NCBI GenBank assembly: GCA_964291285.2
Contig: OZ219786.1
Location: forward strand, 608,001 to 672,000
From: Alphaproteobacteria bacterium
Lineage (GTDB): Bacteria > Pseudomonadota > Alphaproteobacteria > Bin95
Direction of reading: 5' to 3'
Length of the DNA stretch: 64,000 nt
The notes under the pieces were generated by a model that was given only the letters and a program-made list of their open reading frames with translations, ran no database searches and was not told the origin of the DNA. Shown here piece after piece: positions 9,601 through 19,317 of the stretch (positions are counted from its first letter, which is position 1; each line of letters begins with the position of its first letter). The position numbers and the translations under genes were made by a program.

Positions 9601-11614
9601 CCCGACTTCCGCAACTCGGCTTGAGAATCGACTGATTTGACGGTTTTCCGGCGCGAGAAGTGTCGGATTTCGGTGCAGTACCTCTCGGGACCGGCTTGTA
9701 GTGCCGACCTACCCCCTTGATCGGGCTGGCGAAGATCCGGACGCTGCGCTGATGTTCGTGCGCTGCAAGAGACGCTTCAAGGACGGCAAGGAGCACCGCT
9801 ACTGGAGCGTTGTGGAGAACGTCCGGGTCCACGGCGGTCGGGTTGTTCAGCGTCAGGTGCTCTATCTCGGGGAGATCAACGACAGCCAGCGAGCGGCGTG
9901 GTGCCGCTCGATCGAGGTGGTGGAGGGCAAGTCGCGATCACGGCAGATGGCGCTGTTTCCCGAGGACCGGGAGGCGCCGGCGCTGACTTGCGAAGTGGTG
10001 AAGATCGACCTCTCGCAGGTGGCGCTTCACGACCCGCGCCAGTGGGGGGCGTGCTGGCTGGCGCTGTCCTTGTGGGACCGCCTGGACCTGGACCGCTTCT
10101 GGGAAGAGCGGCTGCCGGCGAGCCGGCAAGGCACGCGGTGGCTGGACATCCTGAAGATCCAGGTCTGCTACCGGCTGATCGACCCGGGCAGCGAGTGGCG
10201 CCTTCACCGTCACTGGTATGAGCACAGCGCGCTTCGCGATCTTCTGGGTGGCGAGCGGGCGATCGCCGACGACACACTCTATCGCTGTCTCGACAAGCTG
10301 CTGGCGCACAAGCAGGGCTTCTTCTCGTTTCTGCGCGACCGCTGGGCGACGCTGTTCGAGGCGCGCTTCGACGTGCTGCTCTACGACCTGACCTCGACCT
10401 ACTTCGAGAGCGATCCGCCGTTCGATGACAAGCGCCGCTTCGGCTACAGCCGGGACAAGCGGCCCGACTGCGTGCAGGTGGTGATCGCCCTGATCGTTAC
10501 GCCGCAGGGCTTTCCGCTGGCCTATGAGGTGATGCCGGGCAACACCTCCGACGACACCACGCTGGCGGCGTTCCTCAAGAAGATCGAGGATCAGTATGGC
10601 CGCTCCGAGCGGGTGTGGATCATGGACCGCGGCATCCCCACCGAGGAGACGCTGGCCGCGATGCGCGAGGGCGAGGCGCCGGTGCGCTACCTGGTGGGCA
10701 CGCCCAAGGGCCGGCTGACGCGGCTCGAGAAGGTGTTCCTGGGCCTGCCCTGGCAGGAGGTGCGCCAGTCCGTGACTGTCAAGCTTCTGGTCGAGGATGG
10801 CGAGCTCTACGTCCTGGTGCGCAGCGAGGGGCGGCAGGTGAAGGAACGCGGCATGCGCCGGCGCCGGCTGAAGAGGCTGTGGCGTCGATTGGCCGAGTTG
10901 CAAGGGCAGTCGAACAGCCGGGATCAGTTGTTGCTCAAGCTCGGCGCCGCCAGGAAGGAGGCCGGCCGGGCCTGGAGCCTGGTCGACATCACCGTGCCCG
11001 GGACCGACAGCGAACTCGCCGCCAACGGCTTCTCATTCCGCCTGCAGCGCGACCGGCTGCGCCAGGTCCGCCGCCGCGAGGGCCGTTACCTGCTGCGATC
11101 CAACATGGTCGCCGAAGACCCCGCCACGCTGTGGCATCTGTACATGCAGCTCGTCGAGATCGAGCAGGCGTTCAAGGAACTCAAGCACGACCTCGCGATC
11201 CGCCCCATCTTCCATCAGCGCCAAGAGCGCATCGAGGCGCATATCTTCGTCTCGTTCATCGCCTACTGCCTGCTGGTGACCCTGAAGAACCTCGCCCGGC
11301 CGCGCGCCCCGGGCCTCACCCCACGCGCCATCCTTGAGGCCTTCGCCACCATCCAGATGGTGGACGTCCATCTGCCAACCACCGACGGCCGGCACCTCGT
11401 CCTGCCGCGCCACACCCGGCCGAACAAGGAGCACGAGCTACTGCTGCAACAGCTCGGCATGACCTGGCCGCAGCAACCCGCACCCCGGATCTCCGCCTGA
11501 CGGCACACGGCGCCGCCTCTCCGTTCGCCGCCTTGTAGTGCCGACCCTCGGGGAGACGATCAAGGCTATTCAATGAGTTAGCATCCTCATGACCCCCGAG
11601 TTGCGGAAGTCGGG
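9601..11614 (+). mobile_element. IS1634-family insertion sequence, copy 1 (2014 bp)
   Basis: Perfect 19-bp terminal inverted repeats CCCGACTTCCGCAACTCGG / CCGAGTTGCGGAAGTCGGG, flanked by TTAG at 9597-9600 and 11615-11618; near-identical to 33086-35099. Confidence 0.95.
9752..11500 (+). CDS. IS1634-family DDE transposase
   Basis: LLYDLTSTYFE, FGYSRDKRPDC.QVVIAL, WIMDRG, Y..L.EIEQAFKELK.DL.IRPIFHQ...RIEAHIFVSF. Confidence 0.92.
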   Translation: MFVRCKRRFKDGKEHRYWSVVENVRVHGGRVVQRQVLYLGEINDSQRAAWCRSIEVVEGKSRSRQMALFPEDREAPALTCEVVKIDLSQVALHDPRQWGACWLALSLWDRLDLDRFWEERLPASRQGTRWLDILKIQVCYRLIDPGSEWRLHRHWYEHSALRDLLGGERAIADDTLYRCLDKLLAHKQGFFSFLRDRWATLFEARFDVLLYDLTSTYFESDPPFDDKRRFGYSRDKRPDCVQVVIALIVTPQGFPLAYEVMPGNTSDDTTLAAFLKKIEDQYGRSERVWIMDRGIPTEETLAAMREGEAPVRYLVGTPKGRLTRLEKVFLGLPWQEVRQSVTVKLLVEDGELYVLVRSEGRQVKERGMRRRRLKRLWRRLAELQGQSNSRDQLLLKLGAARKEAGRAWSLVDITVPGTDSELAANGFSFRLQRDRLRQVRRREGRYLLRSNMVAEDPATLWHLYMQLVEIEQAFKELKHDLAIRPIFHQRQERIEAHIFVSFIAYCLLVTLKNLARPRAPGLTPRAILEAFATIQMVDVHLPTTDGRHLVLPRHTRPNKEHELLLQQLGMTWPQQPAPRISA

Positions 11615-11623
11615 TTAGGGCCG

Positions 11624-12565
11624 TTGCCGCTCTTCGAGACCCACATCGTCGTGGACTGGTCGGCGCGCTCGAAGCCGAGTCCCGCCCGGCCGAGCCGCGA
11701 TTCCATCTGGTGGGCGGCGGTCCGCGAGGGGCACCCAGTGGAGCCGCAATATGAGCGGACCCGCCATGACGCGGTCGAGAGCCTTGCCGCCTTCGTCGCC
11801 GGGGAACTGGATGCCGGGCGCCGCGTTCTGGCCGGCTTCGATTTCCCGTTCGGCTATCCGGCGGGTGTTGCCGAACATGTGACGGGCCGGGCCTCCGCTT
11901 CCGCAGTCTGGAACTGGCTTGCAGACCGGATTGAGGACAAGCCGGACAATGCCAACAACCGCTATGAAGTCGCCGGAGAGATGAACCGATACTGGCCCGG
12001 CGTCGGGCCGTTCTGGGGCCGCCCGGCAGGATGGGAATATCCGGGAATCCCGACACGGCAGAAGGACCGCACCTGCCGGGACGGGCACCCGCAGGAACGC
12101 CGTATCGCCGACCTCCGGGCATCGGAAGCGAAGACCGTTTGGCAATTGGCTTATGCGGGCTCCGTCGGTTCGCAGGTGCTGGTGGGCCTGCCTGCCTTGA
12201 AACGGCTGCTCTCGGACTCGCGCATCGACGGCCGCGGCGGAGTCTGGCCGTTTCAGACCGGGTTGAAACCGCCGGATACCCAAGAGAAACCCCTCGTTCT
12301 CGCCGAAATCTACCCGTCTCTTCTCAGGAAAGAGATCGCCAGGCGCCGACGCGATGGTGAAGTCCTTGACCGCGCCCAGGTCCGCGTCAACGCAGCGGCA
12401 TTTGCGCGGCTGGACAGGCGGGGCGGCCTTGCCCCACTGTTCGACGGGGCGTGCGACCTTAACCCGGACGAACGCCATCTGATCGAAAAGGAAGAGGCTT
12501 GGATACTCGGCCTCGGTCACGAGGACGGGATTCGGGACGCTGCGAGAATGGATTGCGATGCCTAG
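11624..12565 (+). CDS. Conserved hypothetical protein, DUF429-like predicted RNase H-fold nuclease
   Basis: VVDWSA, GFDFPFGYP, GSVGSQ..G, VWPF, AEIYPS and EEAWILG motifs; TTG start 10 bp after the IS right end. Confidence 0.65.
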   Translation: MPLFETHIVVDWSARSKPSPARPSRDSIWWAAVREGHPVEPQYERTRHDAVESLAAFVAGELDAGRRVLAGFDFPFGYPAGVAEHVTGRASASAVWNWLADRIEDKPDNANNRYEVAGEMNRYWPGVGPFWGRPAGWEYPGIPTRQKDRTCRDGHPQERRIADLRASEAKTVWQLAYAGSVGSQVLVGLPALKRLLSDSRIDGRGGVWPFQTGLKPPDTQEKPLVLAEIYPSLLRKEIARRRRDGEVLDRAQVRVNAAAFARLDRRGGLAPLFDGACDLNPDERHLIEKEEAWILGLGHEDGIRDAARMDCDA

Positions 12566-14636
12566 CGATCATGTTGCCTGCCGCATCGGCGTCGATGTCG
12601 GCGGGACCTTTACCGATGTCGTCATCGACCATGCCGGCGTGCAAACCTCGGCCAAGGTGCCGACGACGCCCGATACGCCCGAAACCGGCGTCATGGACGG
12701 CATCGGGGCGGCGCTGGAGCGCGCCGGCGTCGCGGCGCAAGCGGTCGATCTCGTCATTCACGGCACCACGCTCGCCACCAATGCGCTGATCGAGCGCAAG
12801 GGCGCGCGGACCGCGCTGCTGACCACCGGAGGCTTCCGCGACTCCATCGAGATGGCCTACGAGCACCGGTTCGAGCAATACGACCTCTACATGGAGCGCC
12901 CGGAGCCGCTGGTGCCGCGCGAGCTCCGCCTCGGCGTGCCGGAGCGGCTGGCGGCCGACGGCTCGACGCTAATGCCGCTCGACGAGGCGGCGGTCGCCGC
13001 CCATTCCGCGTTCTTCCGCGAGGAAGGGGTCGAGGCGGTCGCCGTCGGTTTCCTGCATTCCTATGTCGATGACTCGCATGAACGCCGCGCGGCCGCGATC
13101 CTGCGCCGGGAGCTGCCGGAGGCCACCGTCTGCCTGTCCTCGGAAGTGTCGCCCGAGATCCGCGAATATGACCGCCTGTCCACCACGGTCGCCAACGCCT
13201 ATGTCCGCCCGTTGATCGCGGGCTATGTCGGCCGTCTGGAGGCCGCGCTCCGGGAACGCGGGCTCGCCTGCCCGCTGCTGCTCACCATGTCGAGCGGCGC
13301 GGTGACGACGGTGGAGACGGCGCAGCGCTTTCCGATCCGGCTGGTCGAGTCCGGTCCGGCCGGCGGCGCGGTGCTCGCCCGCAATGTCGCCGCCGGGCAC
13401 GGCCTCGACAAGGCGCTCTCCTTCGACATGGGCGGCACCACGGCGAAGATCTGCCTGATCGACGATTACCGCCCGCAACTGTCCCGCAATTTCGAGGTGG
13501 CGCGGCAATACCGGTTCCTGAAGGGCAGCGGCCTGCCGCTGCGCATCCCCGCCATCGAGATGGTGGAGATCGGCGCAGGCGGCGGTTCCATTGCGCGCAC
13601 CGATACGTTGCGCCGGATCGCTGTCGGGCCGGACAGCGCCGGTGCCGATCCCGGACCCGCCAGCTACGGCCGCGGCGGCGGCGCGCCTACGGTGACGGAT
13701 GCCGACCTGATGCTCGGGCGCATCGACCCCGCCCGGTTCGCCGGCGGCACGATGGTGCTGGACGCCGATGCCGCGCGCGAGGCTGTTGAGCGCGATGTCG
13801 GAGGACCGCTGGGCATGACGGGCGAGGTCGCGGCGGCCGGGGTCAGCGAAATCGTCGATGAGACCATGGCCAATGCCGCGCGCGTCCATGCGATCGAGAG
13901 CGGCAAACCGCTCGCGGGGCGGGCGCTCATCGCCTTCGGCGGCGCGGCCCCGCTCCATGCCGCGCGCCTCGCGACCAAGCTCGGCATCGACACGGTGGTC
14001 GTGCCGCCGGGAGCCGGGGTAGGCTCCGCAATCGGCTTCCTGTCGGCGCCCATCGCCTATGAAGTGGTGCGCTCGCGTTTCGTCGCGCTCGATAATTTCG
14101 CTCCGGCAATCGTCGATGCGCTGTTCGACGAGATGCGCGCCGAGGCGGAGGCCGTGGTGCGGCTGGGCGCGCCCGACGCCGTGCTGGAGGAGACCCGGAC
14201 CGGATACATGCGCTACCGCGGGCAGGGGCACGAGATCGCGGTGGAGCTGCCGGAAAGCGCCGACGCGGAGGACTATCGCGAGCGCTTCGACGAAGCCTAC
14301 AGGCGCCTCTACGGCCGCACGATTCCGGCGCTGGAGGTGGAGGCGATGTCCTGGAGCCTGGCGCTCGGCGCCGCCGACCGGCTGCCGGCGCGCCTGCCGC
14401 TGGCGCCGCCGAGGGCGGCCGGCGCGCCTGCCGGCAAGCGGACGCTTTACGATACGGAGTCGGGCGGACCGATGGAGGCGGCGGTGCATGCGCGCGCCGA
14501 CCTCGCGCCGGGTGTCCGGCTTGCAGGCCCGGCGGTCGTGGTAGAGGATGAGACCGCCACCGTGGCGCCCGAAGGCTTCGACCTCACCGTCGCCGCCTCC
14601 GGCGCCCTGGTGCTGACGCGGAGGGGGGCAGCATGA
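12558..14636 (+). CDS. Hydantoinase A / oxoprolinase family protein
   Basis: GVDVGGTFTD, HGTTLATNALIERKGA, ESGPAGG, DMGGTTAK, IGAGGGSIA, AFGGAAPLHA. Confidence 0.93.
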   Translation: MPSDHVACRIGVDVGGTFTDVVIDHAGVQTSAKVPTTPDTPETGVMDGIGAALERAGVAAQAVDLVIHGTTLATNALIERKGARTALLTTGGFRDSIEMAYEHRFEQYDLYMERPEPLVPRELRLGVPERLAADGSTLMPLDEAAVAAHSAFFREEGVEAVAVGFLHSYVDDSHERRAAAILRRELPEATVCLSSEVSPEIREYDRLSTTVANAYVRPLIAGYVGRLEAALRERGLACPLLLTMSSGAVTTVETAQRFPIRLVESGPAGGAVLARNVAAGHGLDKALSFDMGGTTAKICLIDDYRPQLSRNFEVARQYRFLKGSGLPLRIPAIEMVEIGAGGGSIARTDTLRRIAVGPDSAGADPGPASYGRGGGAPTVTDADLMLGRIDPARFAGGTMVLDADAAREAVERDVGGPLGMTGEVAAAGVSEIVDETMANAARVHAIESGKPLAGRALIAFGGAAPLHAARLATKLGIDTVVVPPGAGVGSAIGFLSAPIAYEVVRSRFVALDNFAPAIVDALFDEMRAEAEAVVRLGAPDAVLEETRTGYMRYRGQGHEIAVELPESADAEDYRERFDEAYRRLYGRTIPALEVEAMSWSLALGAADRLPARLPLAPPRAAGAPAGKRTLYDTESGGPMEAAVHARADLAPGVRLAGPAVVVEDETATVAPEGFDLTVAASGALVLTRRGAA

Positions 14637-16321
14637 CCGCTACATTCGATGCGGTGCGCCATCAGGTGATGTGGAACCGGCTGCTTTCGGTGGTCGAGGA
14701 GCAGGCGCAGACGCTGGTGCGCACGGCGTTCTCGACCTCGGCGCGCGAGGCCGGCGACATTTCGGCAGGGGTCTTCGACCTCACCGGGCGGATGCTCGCC
14801 CAGGCGGTCACGGGCACGCCCGGCCATGTCAATTCGATGGCGCTTTCGGTCGGCCATTTCGTCGAGAAATTTCCGCCGGAGACCATGCGCGAGGGCGATG
14901 TCTTCATCACCAACGACCCGTGGAAGGGCACCGGCCACCTGAACGACTTCACCGTCGTCTCCCCGACCTTCCGCGACGGGCGGATCGTGGCGCTGTTCGC
15001 CTCCACCAGCCATGTCGTCGATGTCGGCGGCCTCGGCCAGGGCCCCGACGCGCGGCAGGTCTATCAGGAGGGCCTGTTCGTGCCGCTCATGCCGTTCGCC
15101 GAGGAGGGGCGGGTGAACGAGTGGTTCCTCGAGATGGTGCGCGCCAATGTGCGCGAGCCGCGCATGGTGATCGGCGACCTCTACGCGCTCGCCGCCTGCA
15201 ACGACACCGGCAGCGAACGGCTGCTGGCCATGATGGACGAATACGGCCTCGAAGACCTTTCCGCGCTGGCGGACTTCATCGTCGACAGCAGCCGGCAGGC
15301 GATGGCCGATGCGATAGGCGCCCTGCCGCAGGGAAGCTGGGCCCACTCCATGACCATCGACGGCTTCGACCGCGAGGTCGAGTTGGTCGCCCGGCTGACG
15401 GTCGGCGACGGCGTCATCGACGTCGATTTCGACGGAACCTCCGGGCTCTCCGATTTCGGCATCAACTGCCCGCTCTGCTACACCATCGCCTATACGAGCT
15501 TCGGCGTGAAATGCATCGTTGCGCCGGAACTGCCGAACAATGCGGGCGCGCTCGACGCCATCCGCGTGACGGCGCCCGAGAACTGCATCCTGAACCCGCC
15601 GCATCCCTGCGCCGTCTATGCGCGCTCCAATATCGGCCACATGCTGCCGGACGTGGCGTTCGGCTGCCTGTACCAGGCGATTCCGGACCGGGTACCGGCG
15701 GAGGGCTGCTCGGCGCTCTGGACGCTCAGGCTCGGCGCGGGGCAGGGGATCACCGCGTGCGCGGGTTCCCAGTCCACGCCGTTCCAGATCATGAGCTTCC
15801 ATTCGGGCGGCGCAGGCGCCCGGCCAGGGCTCGACGGCCTCTCTGCGACGCCCTTCCCCTCTGGCGTGCGCAATGTGCCCGTCGAGGCGACCGAGGCGAT
15901 CACGCCGCTGGTGTTCTGGAAGAAGGAACTGCGCCCCGACAGCGGCGGTGCCGGGCAGACGCGTGGCGGCCTTGGCCAGACCATCGAGGTCGAGAACCGG
16001 GAAGGCGCGCCTTTCGGCATCTACGCCACGTTCGAGCGCACCGTGCATGCGGCGCGCGGCCGGGGCGGCGGCGGGCCCGGTGCGCTCGGGCGCCTCAGCC
16101 TCGGTTCCGGAAGGAAACTCCGCAACAAGGGCTTCCAGGTCGTTCCGGAAGGCGAGAGGCTGGTGGTGGAGATGCCGGGCGGCGGCGGGCTGGGAGACCC
16201 CGCGGCGCGCGATCCCGCGGCTGTCGGGAAGGACGTGCGGCGCGGACTGGTCAGCCCGGAAGCGGCCGCGCGCGACTACGGCTTCGATCCGGATTCCAGC
16301 CGCACCTCGCCGAGCCGCTGA
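14633..16321 (+). CDS. Hydantoinase B / oxoprolinase family protein
   Basis: LVRTAFS..ARE.GD.S, NDPWKGTGHLND, SGGAG..RGGLG, PGGGGLGDP; ATGA overlap with the A subunit. Confidence 0.93.
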   Translation: MTATFDAVRHQVMWNRLLSVVEEQAQTLVRTAFSTSAREAGDISAGVFDLTGRMLAQAVTGTPGHVNSMALSVGHFVEKFPPETMREGDVFITNDPWKGTGHLNDFTVVSPTFRDGRIVALFASTSHVVDVGGLGQGPDARQVYQEGLFVPLMPFAEEGRVNEWFLEMVRANVREPRMVIGDLYALAACNDTGSERLLAMMDEYGLEDLSALADFIVDSSRQAMADAIGALPQGSWAHSMTIDGFDREVELVARLTVGDGVIDVDFDGTSGLSDFGINCPLCYTIAYTSFGVKCIVAPELPNNAGALDAIRVTAPENCILNPPHPCAVYARSNIGHMLPDVAFGCLYQAIPDRVPAEGCSALWTLRLGAGQGITACAGSQSTPFQIMSFHSGGAGARPGLDGLSATPFPSGVRNVPVEATEAITPLVFWKKELRPDSGGAGQTRGGLGQTIEVENREGAPFGIYATFERTVHAARGRGGGGPGALGRLSLGSGRKLRNKGFQVVPEGERLVVEMPGGGGLGDPAARDPAAVGKDVRRGLVSPEAAARDYGFDPDSSRTSPSR

Positions 16322-16554
16322 CCGGAGCGCCGGTCGAAGGTCCAGAACAGCACCGCGCCGTCCTGCTCCAGCCGGATGACGAGGTCGTCGCCGGCCACGC
16401 GCCAGTCCCTGACCTCAGCGCCCTGCGGCACTTGCCAGCGGACCTCGCCCGCCGCCACGGGCGCCAGAGACCGGTTGACGATCGTCACCAGGACGACCGC
16501 CACGCCGGCGACGATCAACACGCCCATGCCTATGACCAGGGCCTTCAGACCCAT
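16276..16554 (-). CDS. Small membrane-anchored hypothetical protein
   Basis: MGLKALVIGMGVLIVAGVAVVLVTIVNR... with a single N-terminal TM helix; GGAG upstream; divergent from rluD. Confidence 0.65.
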   Translation of the reverse strand: MGLKALVIGMGVLIVAGVAVVLVTIVNRSLAPVAAGEVRWQVPQGAEVRDWRVAGDDLVIRLEQDGAVLFWTFDRRSGQRLGEVRLESGSKP

Positions 16555-16632
16555 AGACTGCTCTCCGCCGCTCGTCCCGGCCGCGGATTTGCCATAGTTG
16601 TGCGCACAAGTCATCGCCATGGAGTGGGTTCT

Positions 16633-17559
16633 GTGACAACGGGGGAGGAAAGCACGGTCTTCGAGGCCGTCGCGCCGCCGGAAGCCGACGGCGAGCGACT
16701 CGACCGCATGCTGGCCCGCGCAATCCCCGAACTCTCGCGTTCGCGCATCCAGGCGCTGATGGCGGAGGGGCGGGTGACGCCGTCGGCGCGCAAGGCGGTC
16801 GCGGGGCAACGCTACCGCGTCAGCGTTCCGCCAGCCCGGCCCGCCGAGCCCGCGGCCGAGCCGATTCCGCTGGCGGTGGTCCATGAGGACGCGCATCTGA
16901 TCGTCGTGGACAAGCCGGCGGGCATGGTGGCGCATCCCGCCCCCGGCCATGACAGCGGCACCCTGGTGAACGCGCTGCTGGACCATTGTGGCCCGGAGCT
17001 GACGGGCGTGGGCGGCGTTGCCCGGCCGGGTATCGTCCACCGGCTGGACAAGGACACCTCCGGCCTCATCGTGGCCGCCAAGACCGAAGCGGCCCATGCC
17101 GGGCTCCGCCGGCTTTTCGAGGCGCATGACATCGACCGGGGCTACCTCGCGCTGGCGCAGGGCCTGCCGTCGCCCGCCCGGGGGCGGATCGAGGCGCCCG
17201 TCGGCCGGGATCCCCGCCATCGCAAGCGCATGGTGGTAGTCGAGCGGGGGCGCCCGGCCGTCACCCGCTACCGGGTCGAGAAGGCGTACGGTACGCGGGC
17301 ATCGCTCGTGGCCTGCCGGCTGGAGACGGGCCGCACCCACCAGGTCCGGGTCCATATGGCCCATATCGGCCATGCGCTGCTCGGCGACCCGCTCTATGGC
17401 GGGCGGCGGCGGGGATTGCCGGCCTTTCCCCGCCAGGCGCTGCACGCCGCGCGGCTCGGCTTCCGCCATCCGGCGACGGGGGAGAACATGCTGTTCGAAA
17501 GTCCGCCTCCGGCAGACTTTCATGAACTCGCGGTAATGTTGGAAGACTTGAATTTATAG
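16633..17559 (+). CDS. rluD: RluA-family 23S rRNA pseudouridine synthase (RluD-like)
   Basis: RLDR S4 start, VVDKPAGMVAHP, GIVHRLDKDTSG, LETGRTHQVRVH, RQALHA; directly upstream of rpoH. Confidence 0.9.
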   Translation: MTTGEESTVFEAVAPPEADGERLDRMLARAIPELSRSRIQALMAEGRVTPSARKAVAGQRYRVSVPPARPAEPAAEPIPLAVVHEDAHLIVVDKPAGMVAHPAPGHDSGTLVNALLDHCGPELTGVGGVARPGIVHRLDKDTSGLIVAAKTEAAHAGLRRLFEAHDIDRGYLALAQGLPSPARGRIEAPVGRDPRHRKRMVVVERGRPAVTRYRVEKAYGTRASLVACRLETGRTHQVRVHMAHIGHALLGDPLYGGRRRGLPAFPRQALHAARLGFRHPATGENMLFESPPPADFHELAVMLEDLNL

Positions 17560-17575
17560 GCTGTTCTTCCTATAT
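17547..17575 (+). promoter_or_regulatory. Sigma32 (RpoH)-type promoter upstream of rpoH, probably autoregulatory
   Basis: CTTGAA (17547-52), 16-nt spacer, CCTATAT (17569-75), matching the alphaproteobacterial RpoH consensus. Confidence 0.75.
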
Positions 17576-17602
17576 TCAGGGTGTGTCGAGAGGGTTCGGA
17601 CT

Positions 17603-18541
17603 ATGGCCGAAAACATCGTTGCCAGCCGCAATATCCCCGCGCTTAACGGCGAGAGCAATCTCTCCCGCTACCTGCATGAAATCCGCCAGTTCCCGATGCT
17701 GGAGCAGGAAGAGGAGTACATGCTGGCGAAGCGCTGGGTCGAGCATCAGGACGTGGATGCGGCGCACCGCCTGGTGACCAGCCATCTGCGTCTGGTCGCG
17801 CGTATCGCCATGGGCTATCGCGGCTACGGGCTTCCGGTCAGCGAACTGATCTCCGAAGGCAATGTGGGCATGATGCAGGCGGTCAAGCGCTTCGACCCGG
17901 AAAAGGGGTTCCGCCTTGCGACCTACGCAATGTGGTGGATCAGGGCCTCGATCCAGGAATACATCCTGCACTCCTGGTCGCTGGTGAAGATAGGCACGAC
18001 CGCGGCGCAGAAGAAGCTGTTCTTCAACCTGCGCCGCATGAAGCACAAGATCCAGGCTATCGAGGACGGCGACCTGTCGCCCGAGCATGTCACCAAGATC
18101 GCCGACGAGCTCAGGGTGTCCGAGGACGAGGTCGTGCAGATGAACCGCCGCCTCGCCGCGCCGGACCGTTCGCTGAACGCGCCGATGCGCATTGAGGGCG
18201 AGGGCGAGTGGCAGGACTGGCTGGCCGACGAAAGCGAGAGCCAGGAGACGCTTTACGGCGAACGCGAAGAGTTGGAGCGCCGCCGGAGCATGCTCGCTGG
18301 CGCGATGGAAGCGCTGAACGAGCGCGAGCGGCGCATCCTGCACGAACGCCGCCTGCGCGAGGACCCTGCCACGCTCGAGGACCTCAGCCGCGAATTCGGC
18401 GTGAGCCGCGAACGCATCCGCCAGATCGAGGTGCGCGCCTTCGAGAAGCTCCAGCGCGCCGTCCGCGACGCGGTGGTGCAGGACCGGCTGCAGACGGAGC
18501 GGGCGATCAGCGAAGGCGCGGGCGCCGCCGCCGGAGCGTAG
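17603..18541 (+). CDS. rpoH: RNA polymerase sigma factor RpoH (sigma32)
   Basis: LVTSHLRLV, GYRGYGLP, RLATYAMWWIRA, RpoH box QKKLFFNLR, VSRERIRQIE. Confidence 0.97.
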   Translation: MAENIVASRNIPALNGESNLSRYLHEIRQFPMLEQEEEYMLAKRWVEHQDVDAAHRLVTSHLRLVARIAMGYRGYGLPVSELISEGNVGMMQAVKRFDPEKGFRLATYAMWWIRASIQEYILHSWSLVKIGTTAAQKKLFFNLRRMKHKIQAIEDGDLSPEHVTKIADELRVSEDEVVQMNRRLAAPDRSLNAPMRIEGEGEWQDWLADESESQETLYGEREELERRRSMLAGAMEALNERERRILHERRLREDPATLEDLSREFGVSRERIRQIEVRAFEKLQRAVRDAVVQDRLQTERAISEGAGAAAGA

Positions 18542-18555
18542 TAGCCGCCTCTGCC

Positions 18556-19194
18556 CTACCCGGCCCGCGAGAACTCTCCGGTAGCCGGGTCCATCATCCA
18601 CAGGGTCCCGTCGGCGATGTCGAACCAGGCGCCGTGCAGGCTGAGGCCGCCGCGGCTTTCCAGACCCGACACCCAGGGAAACGTCCTCAGATTCGCCACC
18701 GACTGGCGGATCGAGGCCCGTTCGAGCGCGGTCTGCCGTTCCGCATCGCTCAGGTCCCCGCGGCCCGCCATCGTCTTGGCGGCAGGACCGAGCAGGTTCA
18801 TCCACCTGCCGATGAAGCCGTCCGGGGAAAGCGGCTCCTCCGGCGGGTGGAGCGCCGCGCGGATGCCGCCGCAGCGACTGTGGCCGAGCACGACGATATG
18901 CCGGACCTTCAGGCCCTGCACCGCGAATTCGAGCGCGGCCGAAGTCGAATGGCAGAAATTGTCCGCCTCGCAGGGCGGCACGAGATTGGCGACAGTGCGG
19001 ACGGTGAAGATCTCGCCCGGCGCGGCATTGAAGATCGTCTCCGGCGCCGCCCGCGAGTCGCAGCAGGCGATGACCATGACCTCCGGCGCCTGCCCCTGCT
19101 CGGCAAGCCGGCGGTAGCGGTCCTGCTCCCTGGCGTAGCGGTCGCCCCTGAAGGACCGGTAACCATGGAGAAGCAGTTCCGGGAACCCGGTCAT
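18556..19194 (-). CDS. Beta-class carbonic anhydrase
   Basis: GQAP, IACCDSR, PGEIFTVRTVAN, HSRCGG zinc ligands; start ATG 19194. Confidence 0.92.
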   Translation of the reverse strand: MTGFPELLLHGYRSFRGDRYAREQDRYRRLAEQGQAPEVMVIACCDSRAAPETIFNAAPGEIFTVRTVANLVPPCEADNFCHSTSAALEFAVQGLKVRHIVVLGHSRCGGIRAALHPPEEPLSPDGFIGRWMNLLGPAAKTMAGRGDLSDAERQTALERASIRQSVANLRTFPWVSGLESRGGLSLHGAWFDIADGTLWMMDPATGEFSRAG

Positions 19195-19317
19195 GGAGAA
19201 GGACCTCCCTGGGCGCCGGTTCCTTCGCCGGGCTTCGCCCGGCTCGGCTTGAAGCGGGTGCAGGGCGCTCCATATCGCCTGCGAGCGATACTGACAACCG
19301 ATGGACCCGAAACCGTC

